A stretch of DNA of 63,387 nucleotides, counting the filler, from Folioceros fuciformis (lineage: Eukaryota), in assembly GCA_049999805.1 (NCBI GenBank). It is 12 parts of 12 records of this genome, joined end to end, with 100 filler letters (N's around TTAATTAATTAA, not from the genome) between each part and the next. Parts side by side here need not be neighbours in the genome. Positions count along the whole stretch, not along the records: positions 7,676 to 15,283 come from JBNGIO010001834.1; positions 15,384 to 19,680 come from JBNGIO010001835.1; positions 19,781 to 23,702 come from JBNGIO010001836.1; 9 more parts are not named here. One strand, written 5' to 3'. How positions within the stretch are numbered: the first letter of the stretch is position 1; the number at the start of each line of letters is the position of its first letter. The position numbers were made by a program, and so were the translations under genes. The notes beneath the pieces are model-generated. The model had not been told where the DNA came from. It searched no databases and saw only the letters and a list, made by a program, of their open reading frames with translations. This document shows, one piece after another, positions 11,011-22,273 of the stretch.

Positions 11011-12908
11011 CCTGTCATGAGAATGTTCTCCATATGGTTCAACACAGGAAACTCCGAGGGAATCTACTTGATCCCATATGGGGCCATGCAAGTTGTTCTG
11101 CAGGTGTCCTCGAAAGCTGGGAAGAACAACAGTACGTATGCCGTCTATTTCATTGGCATGTCACGCATGTGCCCTCTTGTTTATGCTGGCCATGGCACAT
11201 GAGCATACCTCAGAGTCTCACACTGAAGTTTTATTTTAAGGCTTTCAGGAAGAATGACAGCGTAGACAGCATTTGTGCTTCTGCTATGATTCCTGGCCTC
11301 AACCTGCAGGCGACAGTGCCGAGGCAGACTGCTATTCCACGGTGTTTTTGCCAACCTCTCGCTTTTCGTGCTCATCCACTGTCCTGTTCTGGTGTGGATA
11401 TTGTTTGAAATGGCTATTGAAAAAACAAGCTAGACGACATTGTTCGTTTGTTTTGTTTGCTGTGTCGGGCACTGCATCACCGCTCCTTTCGAGGAGCCCC
11501 CTAGGGTTGCGTGATGTTCAACAGGAATCTCGAAGAATTTGTTCCCGGGGAACCAGCACCGCCCTTTGCTAGGAAGGTTAGCACTGCCAGTCTTGAAAGG
11601 ATGGAGCGGAAGAAACTCACCTCCGGTGTTTGATTTGGAGGCGTGTGTGATGACACACCTCATGCAGGTGTACTGTCCCAGTGCTTGATGTTTCTCTCCC
11701 TCGGATCGGTGCGTGTGCTGAATGCGTCTATCCTCTGGAAGTATTGATACACCTAGCTCCTAGGAGCTTAGGGTTTAGGCTCCTCCAATCGGGCCACTTT
11801 GGCAGCCACGTATCCAGTTCTTGAAGGACTGTTTGGGGAGTTCTTAGTTGAAGACTCCCGAACTGGAAGATATAGCAGGGGCACACTGGCAACTATGCTG
11901 ACATTCAACAGCTTTCGCTGTTTGCCACCGAGAGTATGTCTCATCCTTCCTTCATGAGCACAAAATCTACGTACACCTGAACTTGAATCTCGACAGGAGC
12001 TATCTGCAGGGTGCACTCTGTGCAGTGTGCACTGAACACAGCGGTTACGGATCCACATCGAGGAGTGGGACAAAACGAAAATGATTTCACTAGCCTAGGA
12101 TTTCCACAGACGCCAACATGGCACCTTTGTGGGGCCTAGGCAGCCGAGTGAATCCATTTTCTTCTTTCGTTTGTTTAATTAAAATTGGCGTTGGTTGTAG
12201 ATGTTGATTTGTGCTCCATTTGGAAGCACCTCCCAAGGCGCAAGTTCCTGAAGTCTCCCGTTCCAAGGATCTTGTGGTCCTCGTATCCTCAATTGTAGTG
12301 ATGCTCTGTAGAGCTCGAGGAGGACGCCTTTGGTGGAGCCGAGAGAGAAAAGGACTATGACGACTTGTTCTTGGGAGAGACGCACGCATGGGTGTGCACT
12401 GCATTGCACTACACTGAAAGACTTGCACTGCTGTCTCCTGGTCAGAAGGGTGGCAGTGTTGCTGACTGAAGTGGCCACAGGGCCAATTTTGAGAGGCCGC
12501 ATGTGGTGATTTTCCACTGTCTTCGGTGTCACACAGTGCAGAATGGGCGTGAGGGCCAGAAGTGGAGTGTACTTGCTGCCATATTCAGAGGACAGTGATG
12601 TGTGCGACACCTGTTTCTGGTGTCAGTGAAGTGAACAATATTGTTGAGACACGGTTCCCGATCGTGCACATGAAGCTCTCGGATGGAGAGATTCAGCGGG
12701 CCCTCAGAGCGGCTGCAAGCCATCACACAAGACGTGAAAGATGGGACGCTTGCTATTATACATAATTCTCGGAAGGATTGCCTCGAGCACAATGACAGCA
12801 GAGAGAGGAATCCGGGCTGTAGGCATGTACTCTCATGAAAAAAATTCCATGAAATGCACACCCAGAGGAGAACCAAAAGCCCAGCAAGGAGACGGCGAAG
12901 AATCATGG

Positions 12909-15065
12909 CTAGAAGAAACAGCAACATTTGCTGTGCTTGATGGGCTCAGTGTCCATTACAACCATGACCTGATCCATAGGCATGTTGAGGATGGTGGCGG
13001 CGGCCTGCTGCTGAGACTCGGTGGGGGCGCTCATGGTCTGGTCCCGCCGGGAGCTTGCAGAGGAAAAGGAGTCGACCAGCTCTCCGTTGGTGTCCACATC
13101 TTCCCGAGTCTCTTGTGGCTGAGCCAGGATAGGAACCTCGAGCCTCACTTTCATGCCTGCTTGCAGAGAAGCCTCAGTCTCCCACATGGATCTCACGGCA
13201 AGGTGTTGCTGCTTCTTTGCAGTACCCACATCCACTATGGGTTGGGGATAATTGAGACCCAAATCCACTCCTGCCGCAGCCAGCACGCTAGGAGGGGCGT
13301 CCCAGGGATGGTGAATCCAGAACGCCGGCAGCCTGGAGAGCTCGGGCAGCCACCTTCGCACATACTCTCCGTCAGGATCCAACTCGTGGCCCACCTTCAT
13401 AGGGTGGTCCATCCTATCCAACTCATGGCCGTCAGGCAGGCTGCCGGAGATGTACTGCCAGCCCAGAATGTCGGACTCCAGATCCGCGTCAAGCAGAGTG
13501 TCCCAGAAATGCTTCATCCCCCATCTCCATGGCAGCTGCAGAAACTTGACGCAGAAGCTGGCCACCACTATCCTCATCCTGTTGTGTAGCCAACCTGTCG
13601 CCCAGAGCTCCCTCATCCCCGCATCCACCAAGGGGTACCCCGTCCGGCCCTGCTTCCAGGCCTTGAAGCACTCCTCGTCCCAGCGCCATGGAAAGGACCT
13701 GAGGTTGGGCAGCAGCGATGTCTCGTGCGTGAAAGGGAAATTGAAGATGAGGTACCTGGAGTACTCTCGGTAGCCTAATTGGCGCAAGAACTCGTCCACG
13801 CTTTGACTGAGGGCGCTGCTGGGATCCTCCCCGCAGAGCAGGTGGGTGGTGAGCCTCACATCGTAGAACACCTTCCGCACACTGATCTCCCCGTAATGGA
13901 GGTGTGGTGACAGCAGCGATGTGGAGGGCGTGTCCACCTTCTTACACTGGGTGGAGTACTCGAGCAAAGGTCCCTTGAGAAATTTGTCCAGAGCCTTCTC
14001 CGCGTTAGCCCAGCCTGGAGACCACTCCCTGGCCAGCAGCGAATTGCTGCTCTTCTCCAGCGCATCCTCCAAGCCAAGGTCCTCCAGGAAGCAGGAGAAG
14101 ACCTTCCCTGTATAATGTGGCACCCCAAGGGACGTGCACATACGCCGTCAGCTCTATGAAGCTGTGGTGCGAACAAGGAAGGGAACTCAGAGACGCAAAA
14201 CAAGGCAAACAGATTGAGATGCAAAGTAGGAACGAGAAACAAACAGACTGCATTCGCATATGAACGCCAGCTGCTGGAGCGCCTTCCTTTTTGCGTGGCG
14301 GGGAAACTGTTTCACTTACGAGATGTTCCCTTGATCCTCCTGGGAGGGAGGAGCGGAATGTCGGGCTCAAACGGCATGGATTGCGACTTCTTCCAAAAGC
14401 CAGAGAATTTGGTGAAGGCCTGGCCGCGCTCATCGAAAATCTCCCAGGGCTCGTACAGCAGATCCCCGGAGAAGGAGTAGACGGAGAGGCCGGCCCGGGT
14501 GAGGCCTTCCTTCACGCGGTGATCCCGCACCAGGGACACGGGATCTGCAGCCAGGGGGGCAAGGGGAAGAAGGCTTCCACCTCATGAGACACCATGGACC
14601 CAACCAAGCCCCGCCCCCAACCAAAAAAAAAAAATGAAGGTTGTTGCCATTCGCTACAGAGGCGTTCTCGACCCAGCCCTCCGCCATTGGCATTGGCGTT
14701 GGAAAGCGCTGAAGCGGATTCTCGATGGGGAGTGTGAGGCCCGCACACGTACCGTAGAGATGGTTGTAGAAGAGCTGCGTGGCCCGAGCGGAGCGCGCAA
14801 TTTGCAGCAGAGCGGAGAGCGTGTCACTGGACTTGCGCAGGATGAGGCGGGTCCCAAACGCACGCAACGAGGTGTCCAAATGCGCCAGGCTCTCCTTGAG
14901 CCACCACCTGGAGGCTCGGCCGGGCTGGAACTGGCCCTCCTCCTCAGGACACCACACGAAGACGGGGATCACCACCCCGGCCTGCGCGGCCTCGAAGAGT
15001 GCCGGGTTGTCTCCCAGGCGCAAGTCCCTCCTGAGCCACACGATGGTGCGGGCCTTCCCCGCCAT
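12909..15065 (-). CDS. CRY: Plant cryptochrome (CRY1/CRY2 family blue-light receptor); exons 15065-14753, 14544-14320, 14107-12909
   Basis: TIVWLRRDLRLGDNPAL, EEEGQFQPGRASRWWLK, FYNHLYDPVSLVRD, TSLLSPHLHYGEISVRKVF, GRTGYPLVDAGMRELWATGW, LPWRWGMKHFWDTLLDADLESDILGWQYISG. GT-AG introns keep the frame. The true C-terminus is uncertain. Confidence 0.95.
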
Positions 15066-16548
15066 TCCCTTCCCTCTCAGAACGCACAGATTCCCTACCG
15101 CCGCATGCGCAGCTGCTGCTGCTGCTGCTGTTTCGCTGATGATTTTGTGCCTGAGGCTCTTTCATCCAGCCACCTCCCCTCCTCTGCTCGTCTTCTTCGG
15201 CCCAGCCAGGGAGCTTCGACCTCTCGCTCCTGCTCTTGCTCTTGCTCTTAGACCAGCTCTTGCTCCTCCCGCTGCTTCTACTANNNNNNNNNNNNNNNNN
15301 NNNNNNNNNNNNNNNNNNNNNNNNNNNTTAATTAATTAANNNNNNNNNNNNNNNNNNNNNNNNNNNNNNNNNNNNNNNNNNNNCCAACTTACGGATCAGA
15401 CGGGGAGGCCTCAGCAGCTGGAGACGGTGTCGTCATGGCTACTACTCAGCTGCAGCGCTTCCCAATCAGCTTGGATCCCGAACACGAGACACACCAAAAA
15501 GCCTCCACAAACCTACGCAGAAGCTCCACTACAATCACCGACCACTAAGCCCTAAGGTGAGCGTCCGTGCAGCTGGTGCTGAACTCACAGAGGCCGGAGA
15601 GTGGGCAATAACTTGCGCACTCAATGTGTGCAGCAAACGGAAACGATGCCAAAACTGATGCGCGGTGATAGCGACAGCTTTCGATACTTAACTATTTTCA
15701 ATTCCTGGAGCCTACGAACATATATAGTCATTCTGGGCCGAAGTTGCGTTCTCCGAGAACCAATGTCGAGGGGAGTAGGTTCCGGCGAAGCTGTTCAGGC
15801 AATGTCCCATCTTCGGGAGTCTTCTGGGACCAACTGTCTGTGATTTAATGTTTATTATTTTAAGAAAACAAATTCAAGGCCACCGAGGACGGCTTTTTCT
15901 GGGATGGGACGAGCTTGGTATGGAACAATTATGCCCGCCCCTGTCCGTCTATGCCACCTTACGGTTTTTGGGTCCTAAAAATGCCTTGGTGTGGTACGAG
16001 CGTGCCAAGGTCTTGGTAACCCGCCATGGCCATGTGCTCTATCTTGCTAAACATTACTTGATTAATGGCTGAAAAATCTGTTGGGCTTGATCTTTGCTTC
16101 ATACTTGCTCAATCATCTTAGGTTCATAAGCATGTGCTGAAGAAAATGCAAATTCAGCGCTGAAGAAGGGCTATCTTTTGTTGGGTGTGCAGATTTTTTG
16201 ACATTACTTTGTAAGCAAAACTTAAAGGCCAAGCACTTCACGATCCATAACTAGGTTGCTCACTAAGAACTAGTCACTTCCCGTGTTTGGATAGGGAGAA
16301 ACAAATGTGCAAATGAGTTGATACGTTGGGTGGACTTCACCATCTTCCTAGAAAGATTTTCTATAGAAAATGGTGTATGTCAAGGAAATTGGGATGAAAT
16401 CATTTCTATGGCCCACCAGAGACTCAAGGGCACACTTTGCTCAAGGGTGCAAGGGCACTAAGCATACTCCACTCAAGTCCAAGGATGAAAGTGGGGACAA
16501 GTAACTTGTTTTGAGCGGATTCCATTGTTGTCTGTTAAGTTATCCTAC

Positions 16549-17017
16549 TTAGGAGTAAAGTTTGGGTATCTCTCATGTTTGCATTACTAGTTATGAGGTA
16601 AAATGTATACACAAGTTAGGAGTAAAGTAGGGGTATCTCTCATGTTTGCATTACTAGTTATGAGGTAAAATGTATACACAAGTTAGGAGAAAAGTAGGGG
16701 TATCTCTCACATTTGCATTACTAGTTATGAGGTAAAATGTATACACAAGTTAGGAGTAAAGTAGGGGTATCTCTCACATTTGCATTACTAGTTATGAGGT
16801 AAAATGTATACACAACTTAGGAGTAAAGTAGGGGTATCTCTCACATTTGCATTACTAGTTATGAGGTAAAATGTATACACGAGTTAGGAGTAAAGTAGGG
16901 GTATCTCTCACATTTGCATTACTAGTTATGAGGTAAAATGTATACACAACTTAGGAGTAAAGTAGGGGTATCTCTCACATTTGCATTACTAGTTATGAGG
17001 TAAAGTGTATACACGAC
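16549..17017. repeat. Minisatellite, 7 x 67 bp
   Basis: Unit TTAGGAGTAAAGTAGGGGTATCTCTCACATTTGCATTACTAGTTATGAGGTAAAATGTATACACAAG starts at 16549, 16616, 16683, 16750, 16817, 16884 and 16951. Confidence 0.97.
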
Positions 17018-17621
17018 ACTCCTACAAACAACACATTTTCATTTTGCTACACATTTCATTTACTATGAAAGTGTTCTGGTAGGTGTGGGAAGACTAGGAT
17101 GTTGTAATGAACATTCAAAAGTATTCTCTCAATCCATCTATTGTATGTGTGCATGCTACATTGAAGTGACTAGACTCTCTACATAGTAAGATAACATGGA
17201 GACTTAATTATGAAGGAAAGAAGGGTGACAAGGTGACCTTATAATATGTGCTCTCAAGCTTCTAACTCATACGTATTAATTTTAAGCATGCATCACTATC
17301 AACTAGGATAGCCTAAACTCGTAACTTTGCACTTGTATCGCAGCCAACTAGGAGCCTAAACTTGCATGTTTGTGGTGTGACAATAAGCACTTACTACATG
17401 TGAGAGTTGTATAGCTACTTAACTTGCTTTATACAAGGAGCTTTCCAATCGGCAATAACATGGTGGGTGTGCATGGTACCCTTTTGGAGGAATATCTAGA
17501 CTTTTATTTATTAAGATAGCTTTAAACTAAGAGCACTACAAGAATAAGTTAGAAGCATAACGAACTGTGTATTAACTCCGAATCAAAAAGTCATACTCAA
17601 ATTGGTCCAATAGTTCCTAAC

Positions 17622-18200
17622 ATTTATTTATTTATCATTAGGCGTATGCAGCCGTGAGGCTATGATGCCGGAACGTGAATCAAAAACATGATTGAATGGA
17701 CACTTTGGGAAAGCGCAAAAGAAAGAGGATTAGAGCAAACTAAATAGCAAATCTAGGTAGCTATGTCAATAAGCCTAAGTTAAGTAATCGCCAATCGCCT
17801 TGAAGTAAGAGAGAAGTTTTTCCCTCAGTTTGGGAACACTAAGAAGTTGGCGGATATCGTAGTAAGAGCCTTGAAACATCTGGATCCAAGTGTTGCGAGT
17901 GGCCATACACTGGCCAAGGATGTGGTGACGAGTTTCTTCTGAAGACCTGCATTTCCGATAAAAAGGATCCTCTGCAATGTTAAATCTCCTAAAGTAAGCC
18001 CCAATAGCCATATGCCTAGTCCGAAGCTGGGTAAGAAATGATGAGAGCTTACGGTCATTACATTGAGTTCCTTACATTGAACTAATCTAGGTAGACCTCT
18101 TTCCTTTCGAACCATAATATTTTAGGTGCTATTGGCAGTCCCTAGGCTTAGGGGGTTAGCTCGTAGTATCTCAATCATAATTTATCTCCCTCTTTACGGG
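17622..18200 (-). mobile_element. 5'-truncated non-LTR retrotransposon 3' end (I-group/Tad1/Nimb-like CCHC region, 3' hairpin, (TAAA)n tail)
   Basis: QLRTRHMAIGAYFRRFNIAEDPFYRKCRSSEETRHHILGQC; 3' UTR hairpin followed by ATAAATAAATAAAT. A second copy of the tail lies at 60824-60881. Confidence 0.7.
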
Positions 18201-19780
18201 TAGATGGTTTTCCACCTGGTCTTTCTAAAATGAATGGACTACAATTTTCTAATCTAGAAACCAAGATACTTTTTACGGTATAGATTTTTACTCATTACAT
18301 TAATAATATTTAAATATTATTAAGTATTAAGATTTTATTTATGTATTTACTTGAATTTTTTTATTGGATACGTGTTATAATTTTGCTTCAATCATGATTT
18401 AGACACACATGATAATGTTTTATTATTCAAATAGATAAATAAGGTCAATTTTATACTACAACTATATACCTCGTTACACTAGTAATAATTAAATGTTATT
18501 TATGGATTAGAATTTTATGTATGTATTTACTTGGATTTTTTTATTGTCTACTTGCTATAATTTTGCTTTGGTTATGATTTAGGCATATGTGTTATTGTTT
18601 AGATAAATAGGAACCAATACACTAGTCAAGCATGAATGTGTAGGCCTCAACCAAGGGGTGTGGATGCAAGACTTTATAAATCTAATGGGAGTCCACACCA
18701 TGCTATTACAAAATCAACTAGAAAGCACATAATGACTCTATATGTATTTATCCACTCTACAACATCATGGCACTACCTTGTCAAGCCAAGCAACATTTAT
18801 TTAGGCTATAAAATCATGGCGGTATCTTACTAGACTAGATGACATAGCCATAAGCTTAAGCATTGATGTGTCTGTATCTTTAGTAATTGCCCTCATAAAT
18901 TGAGGGCCTTTAGATCCAATTTCTATTTCATGCAATTGACTAGACGTTGGACGTTCTCCTTATTGGAAAAGGGTTTTGAAATTTGAGAATATTCACTAAC
19001 TTGGTTTTTAAAATTTAAGGTAACCCCTCTAATTGCAGGCCTGCCAAATACTTTGCTCTAGGACGCTTGGGATAGACTTTGAGGCAACACCTCATTTGGT
19101 GGCATGCCTACCATGGGTTATCCATCACATTGAGTGACTTGGGCTAGGGGTCCAACTTGCTCTTATTTCTAAAGAGGCCCTCAATTTTCTTGAGCTCCCT
19201 CCTTAAGATTGCTAGATGTTACTCTATGCACATTTCCCTCTCGCAGTAACAGATGCACGAGTTGTTACGATGGTCAAAATTATTGAATGAGGGATGCCTC
19301 CTCGAAAAGATGAGTTGGGGAGGTGTTGAGATCCTTGGAGTATTGAGCAGGAATTCCTTGCTCGACCTACCATTTGGCACATAAGGCATAGCTTGTGTGC
19401 TCTCCAAGAGAGCATATGGATGCTGCAAGACCTGCAGCATCCATGGCCGCCTTAGGTGTCCACCTTAGGTGTTTAGGTGTTTACACGGCAGGAGGTGTGT
19501 TTTCTAGAGGAGGTAGATTGGCCGCATACACTCGGGTTCAACCCTGGTTACTATCAAAAATAATAATGCAGTTTAATTAATATGTGTAATGTATGTACAT
19601 AATTCAAGCATAAAAAAAACAAAGTATATTCTTCTAAAGATGTTTTGTTATATATTATCTCTCCATTAAGAGCCTATTTANNNNNNNNNNNNNNNNNNNN
19701 NNNNNNNNNNNNNNNNNNNNNNNNTTAATTAATTAANNNNNNNNNNNNNNNNNNNNNNNNNNNNNNNNNNNNNNNNNNNN

Positions 19781-20340
19781 GGTCGTATTCCATGAAGCCC
19801 GTTTGGCGCACTTTTGAATTTACACCATCCTAGTCACATATCGACATTTAAGCTGTTTTTCAAAAAACATCTTGTTTGGACGTGTGGTGGACACCACCCA
19901 TGTTCACATATAACCAAAATACAACAATCCAACCGAAACATAAATTATAAGAACGATAAATTTTTTTACAAAACCTGAATCGTTCTTCGAGTGTGCCAAT
20001 CTACTAGTGCACTGAACAGTATGTTTCGGTAAAAAGAAGCTGGCTATGTGCATGCCATGAATTAAAAAGCTTTACCAGCCAAATTTAAATAAAGGCATAT
20101 TGTACCACAAACTTCAACTACTTTCAAATCTTCCCTGCATCAAATCATGTACGTCCTGGATGGCCTCAGAATCGACAACTATCTCTATATCTTTAAGGCG
20201 TTGACCCTCTGTGTCGTCGAAGTCGCCTTCTTTCACCTCCAGAACCGAGAAATGTGGGTTGTTCATTGTTTGAGGCGGAAGTGTGTCATTCTCATCCCAA
20301 ATAGTCATCGCGTACAGATCTTCCGCTGGTGTCGTCCGAC
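19781..20340 (-). pseudogene. Decayed ORF, possibly the N-terminal part of a DNA-transposon protein
   Basis: Acidic N-terminal segment (ORF 20114-20308) followed by frameshifted Cys/His-containing fragments; lies directly downstream of the palindrome array. Confidence 0.3.
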
Positions 20341-20348
20341 TGAGTAAT

Positions 20349-20579
20349 AACTAGAGTGCGCCGGTAGACCAGCGCACTCATGCTAGATTCTAGCATTGTT
20401 TATGCACATTGGCTGGAGTGCGCCGGTGGATCGGCGCACTCTAGCCATAGTCCAGTCTTTGAGCATACAAACGGCTGGAGTGCGCTGGTCTATCGACGCA
20501 CTCCAGCCAGACTTTGGCCTTGGTTCATCATAGTGGCTGGAGTGCGTCGGTAAACTGGCGTACTCCAGCCATTGTGATG
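20349..20579. repeat. Array of four ~36-bp palindromes at exact 62-bp period
   Basis: Consensus GGCTGGAGTGCGCCGGT-NN-ACCGGCGCACTCCAGCC; GAGTGCG cores start at 20354, 20416, 20478 and 20540. Confidence 0.9.
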
Positions 20580-20584
20580 CAGCA

Positions 20585-21830
20585 GCCCACCAAGCTTTTG
20601 CCCGACTGAAACAGTCGTCGAGCACCAAACCAGTCTTGGTAGTGGCAGACCCCAAGGGTATCTACAGTGTACACACGGATGCATCAGACTTTGGCCTTGG
20701 GGAAGTCTTATTACAGGACAGACGAGTCATTGCCTATGAATCTCATAAGCTCCAAGGTGCGCAAATCAACTACGCAGTCCATGACTAGGAGATGCTAGCA
20801 ATTTTCCATGCACTCAAGGCTGCCGCATTACTTGCGGCAGTTCCGAACATGCGGCCACAAGGGTGTTCCCCTTCAAGTTGCTCTACGAAGAAACCCCCCC
20901 CACCACCAGGATTGTGGCCCGCCAATGACACCAAATGGAGGAGTGGAGCAAAAGTCGCCGAGGACATCTAGCAAGAGATTCAACAAGCCAAGCAACGACT
21001 CCATTCAGCTCAGGACCGGGCAAGGAAATCCAACAACAAACACCGACGAGACATCTCTTACGCCATCGGGCAGTTAGTGTGGTTGCGCATTCGTCCTCAC
21101 AGGTACCCGTCACTGATTCAGCAAAAGAACAAGCTGACCTACCGATTTGTAGGCCCCTTCAAAGTCTTGCGTAGGGTCAACGACGTCGCTTACACCCTTG
21201 AACTTCCAGGCGATTAGCGCATGTGCCACACCTTCCATGTGAGCATGCTTAAGCCGGTGATCCAGAGGCCTGCCCATCTTGCTTCACTGTTGCCAACAGC
21301 TCTAGCCGCCGCGGCCGCCTCTACATCTCCAGTCATCACTACCGACTCTACCACTCCAGCCGAGACAAGCAACTCTACCAACACCGCTGGACCAGACAAC
21401 TCGGCACCTATGCCACCCAAGGCATCAACGACACCACAGCGGCGGACCAGACTTCCCCGCCATCCCCAGCTCACACCCCTCTCCCAACCGGACCGGATCC
21501 TTGAGGTACACACCCATAGATTGCGCAACAGGTCAGTCTGGGACTATTGGGTTGGGTAGAGCTAGGAACCGGATGCCTTAGCCACTTGGGAGCATGAGGT
21601 AGTCTGCCAACGATTTCTCCACCTCTGACAGCAGCTTGACGGCCTGGAGGACCATGCCTCTTGCAGTGGCGGAGAATGTTATGACCGCTAGGAGCCACCA
21701 AGTCCTGACAACCCAAAGCTTGGAGACAAAACCCATGCTGGAGTCAAAACCCGGCTTAGGTTATTAGACCTAGAGGTACCCACACTAGACCCGTCCCGTA
21801 AAGAGAACCTGACGGAACGAATAATGATGC
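20585..21830 (+). mobile_element. Degenerate, internally deleted Ty3/Gypsy chromovirus (RNase H, integrase C-terminus, chromodomain, start of 3' LTR at ~21677)
   Basis: TDASDFGLGEVLLQD..VIAYESHKL..NYAVHD*EMLAIFHALK; KLTYRFVGPFKVLRRVNDVAYTLELP..HTFHVSMLKP; PDRILEVHTHRLRNRSVWDYWV..ATWE; purine-rich stretch then TGTTATGACC. The right boundary is approximate. Confidence 0.85.
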
Positions 21831-22162
21831 GTTAGGGCATGCTAAAAAAACTTAATTTTTTTTTTCTGAAACTAGTCCTAGTAAATAGGTTATTTACTAA
21901 TGTAGGCTAGAAAAGGGGGTTAAACCCCCATTACCATGGTAGTTAGACTTTACCCTGAACAGACTTCCCAGTATGTTACCAGGGGCTTCTTGGCAGGACA
22001 CTATCCAGCCCCTTCTTGTACTGTGGACACTAAGAATTCTACAACTATTTGCTGAAGGCTCATCTCATGACGGAGAGCTCAGGCCTAGGAAGTGCATTTG
22101 GGCTTGCTTGGAGAATCATGCTGTGACATAAGTGAACTTTAGATTTAGTTCAGAAATTGTAT

Positions 22163-22273
22163 TTCTCACGTCATTATCCAAAAAATAACAAAATTCTTGT
22201 TCTCACGTCATTATCCAAAAAATAACAAAATTCTTGTTCTCACGTCATTATCCAAAAAATAACAAAATTCTTG
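22163..22273. repeat. Tandem repeat, 3 x 37 bp
   Basis: TTCTCACGTCATTATCCAAAAAATAACAAAATTCTTG, three exact copies. Confidence 0.95.

Noticed and set aside
12741-15339. Long plus-strand ORFs (282, 205, 186 aa) over the cryptochrome
   Set aside because: Antisense shadows of a GC-rich CDS with no recognisable motifs.
16549-17017. 67-bp array as a CRISPR array
   Set aside because: Units are contiguous near-identical copies without unique spacers; eukaryotic context, no cas genes.
20349-20579. Annotating the palindrome array as a true CRISPR
   Set aside because: No cas genes, repeats vary, spacers are partly homologous to each other, and the motif recurs with different spacing elsewhere. Kept as a repeat and a finding only.
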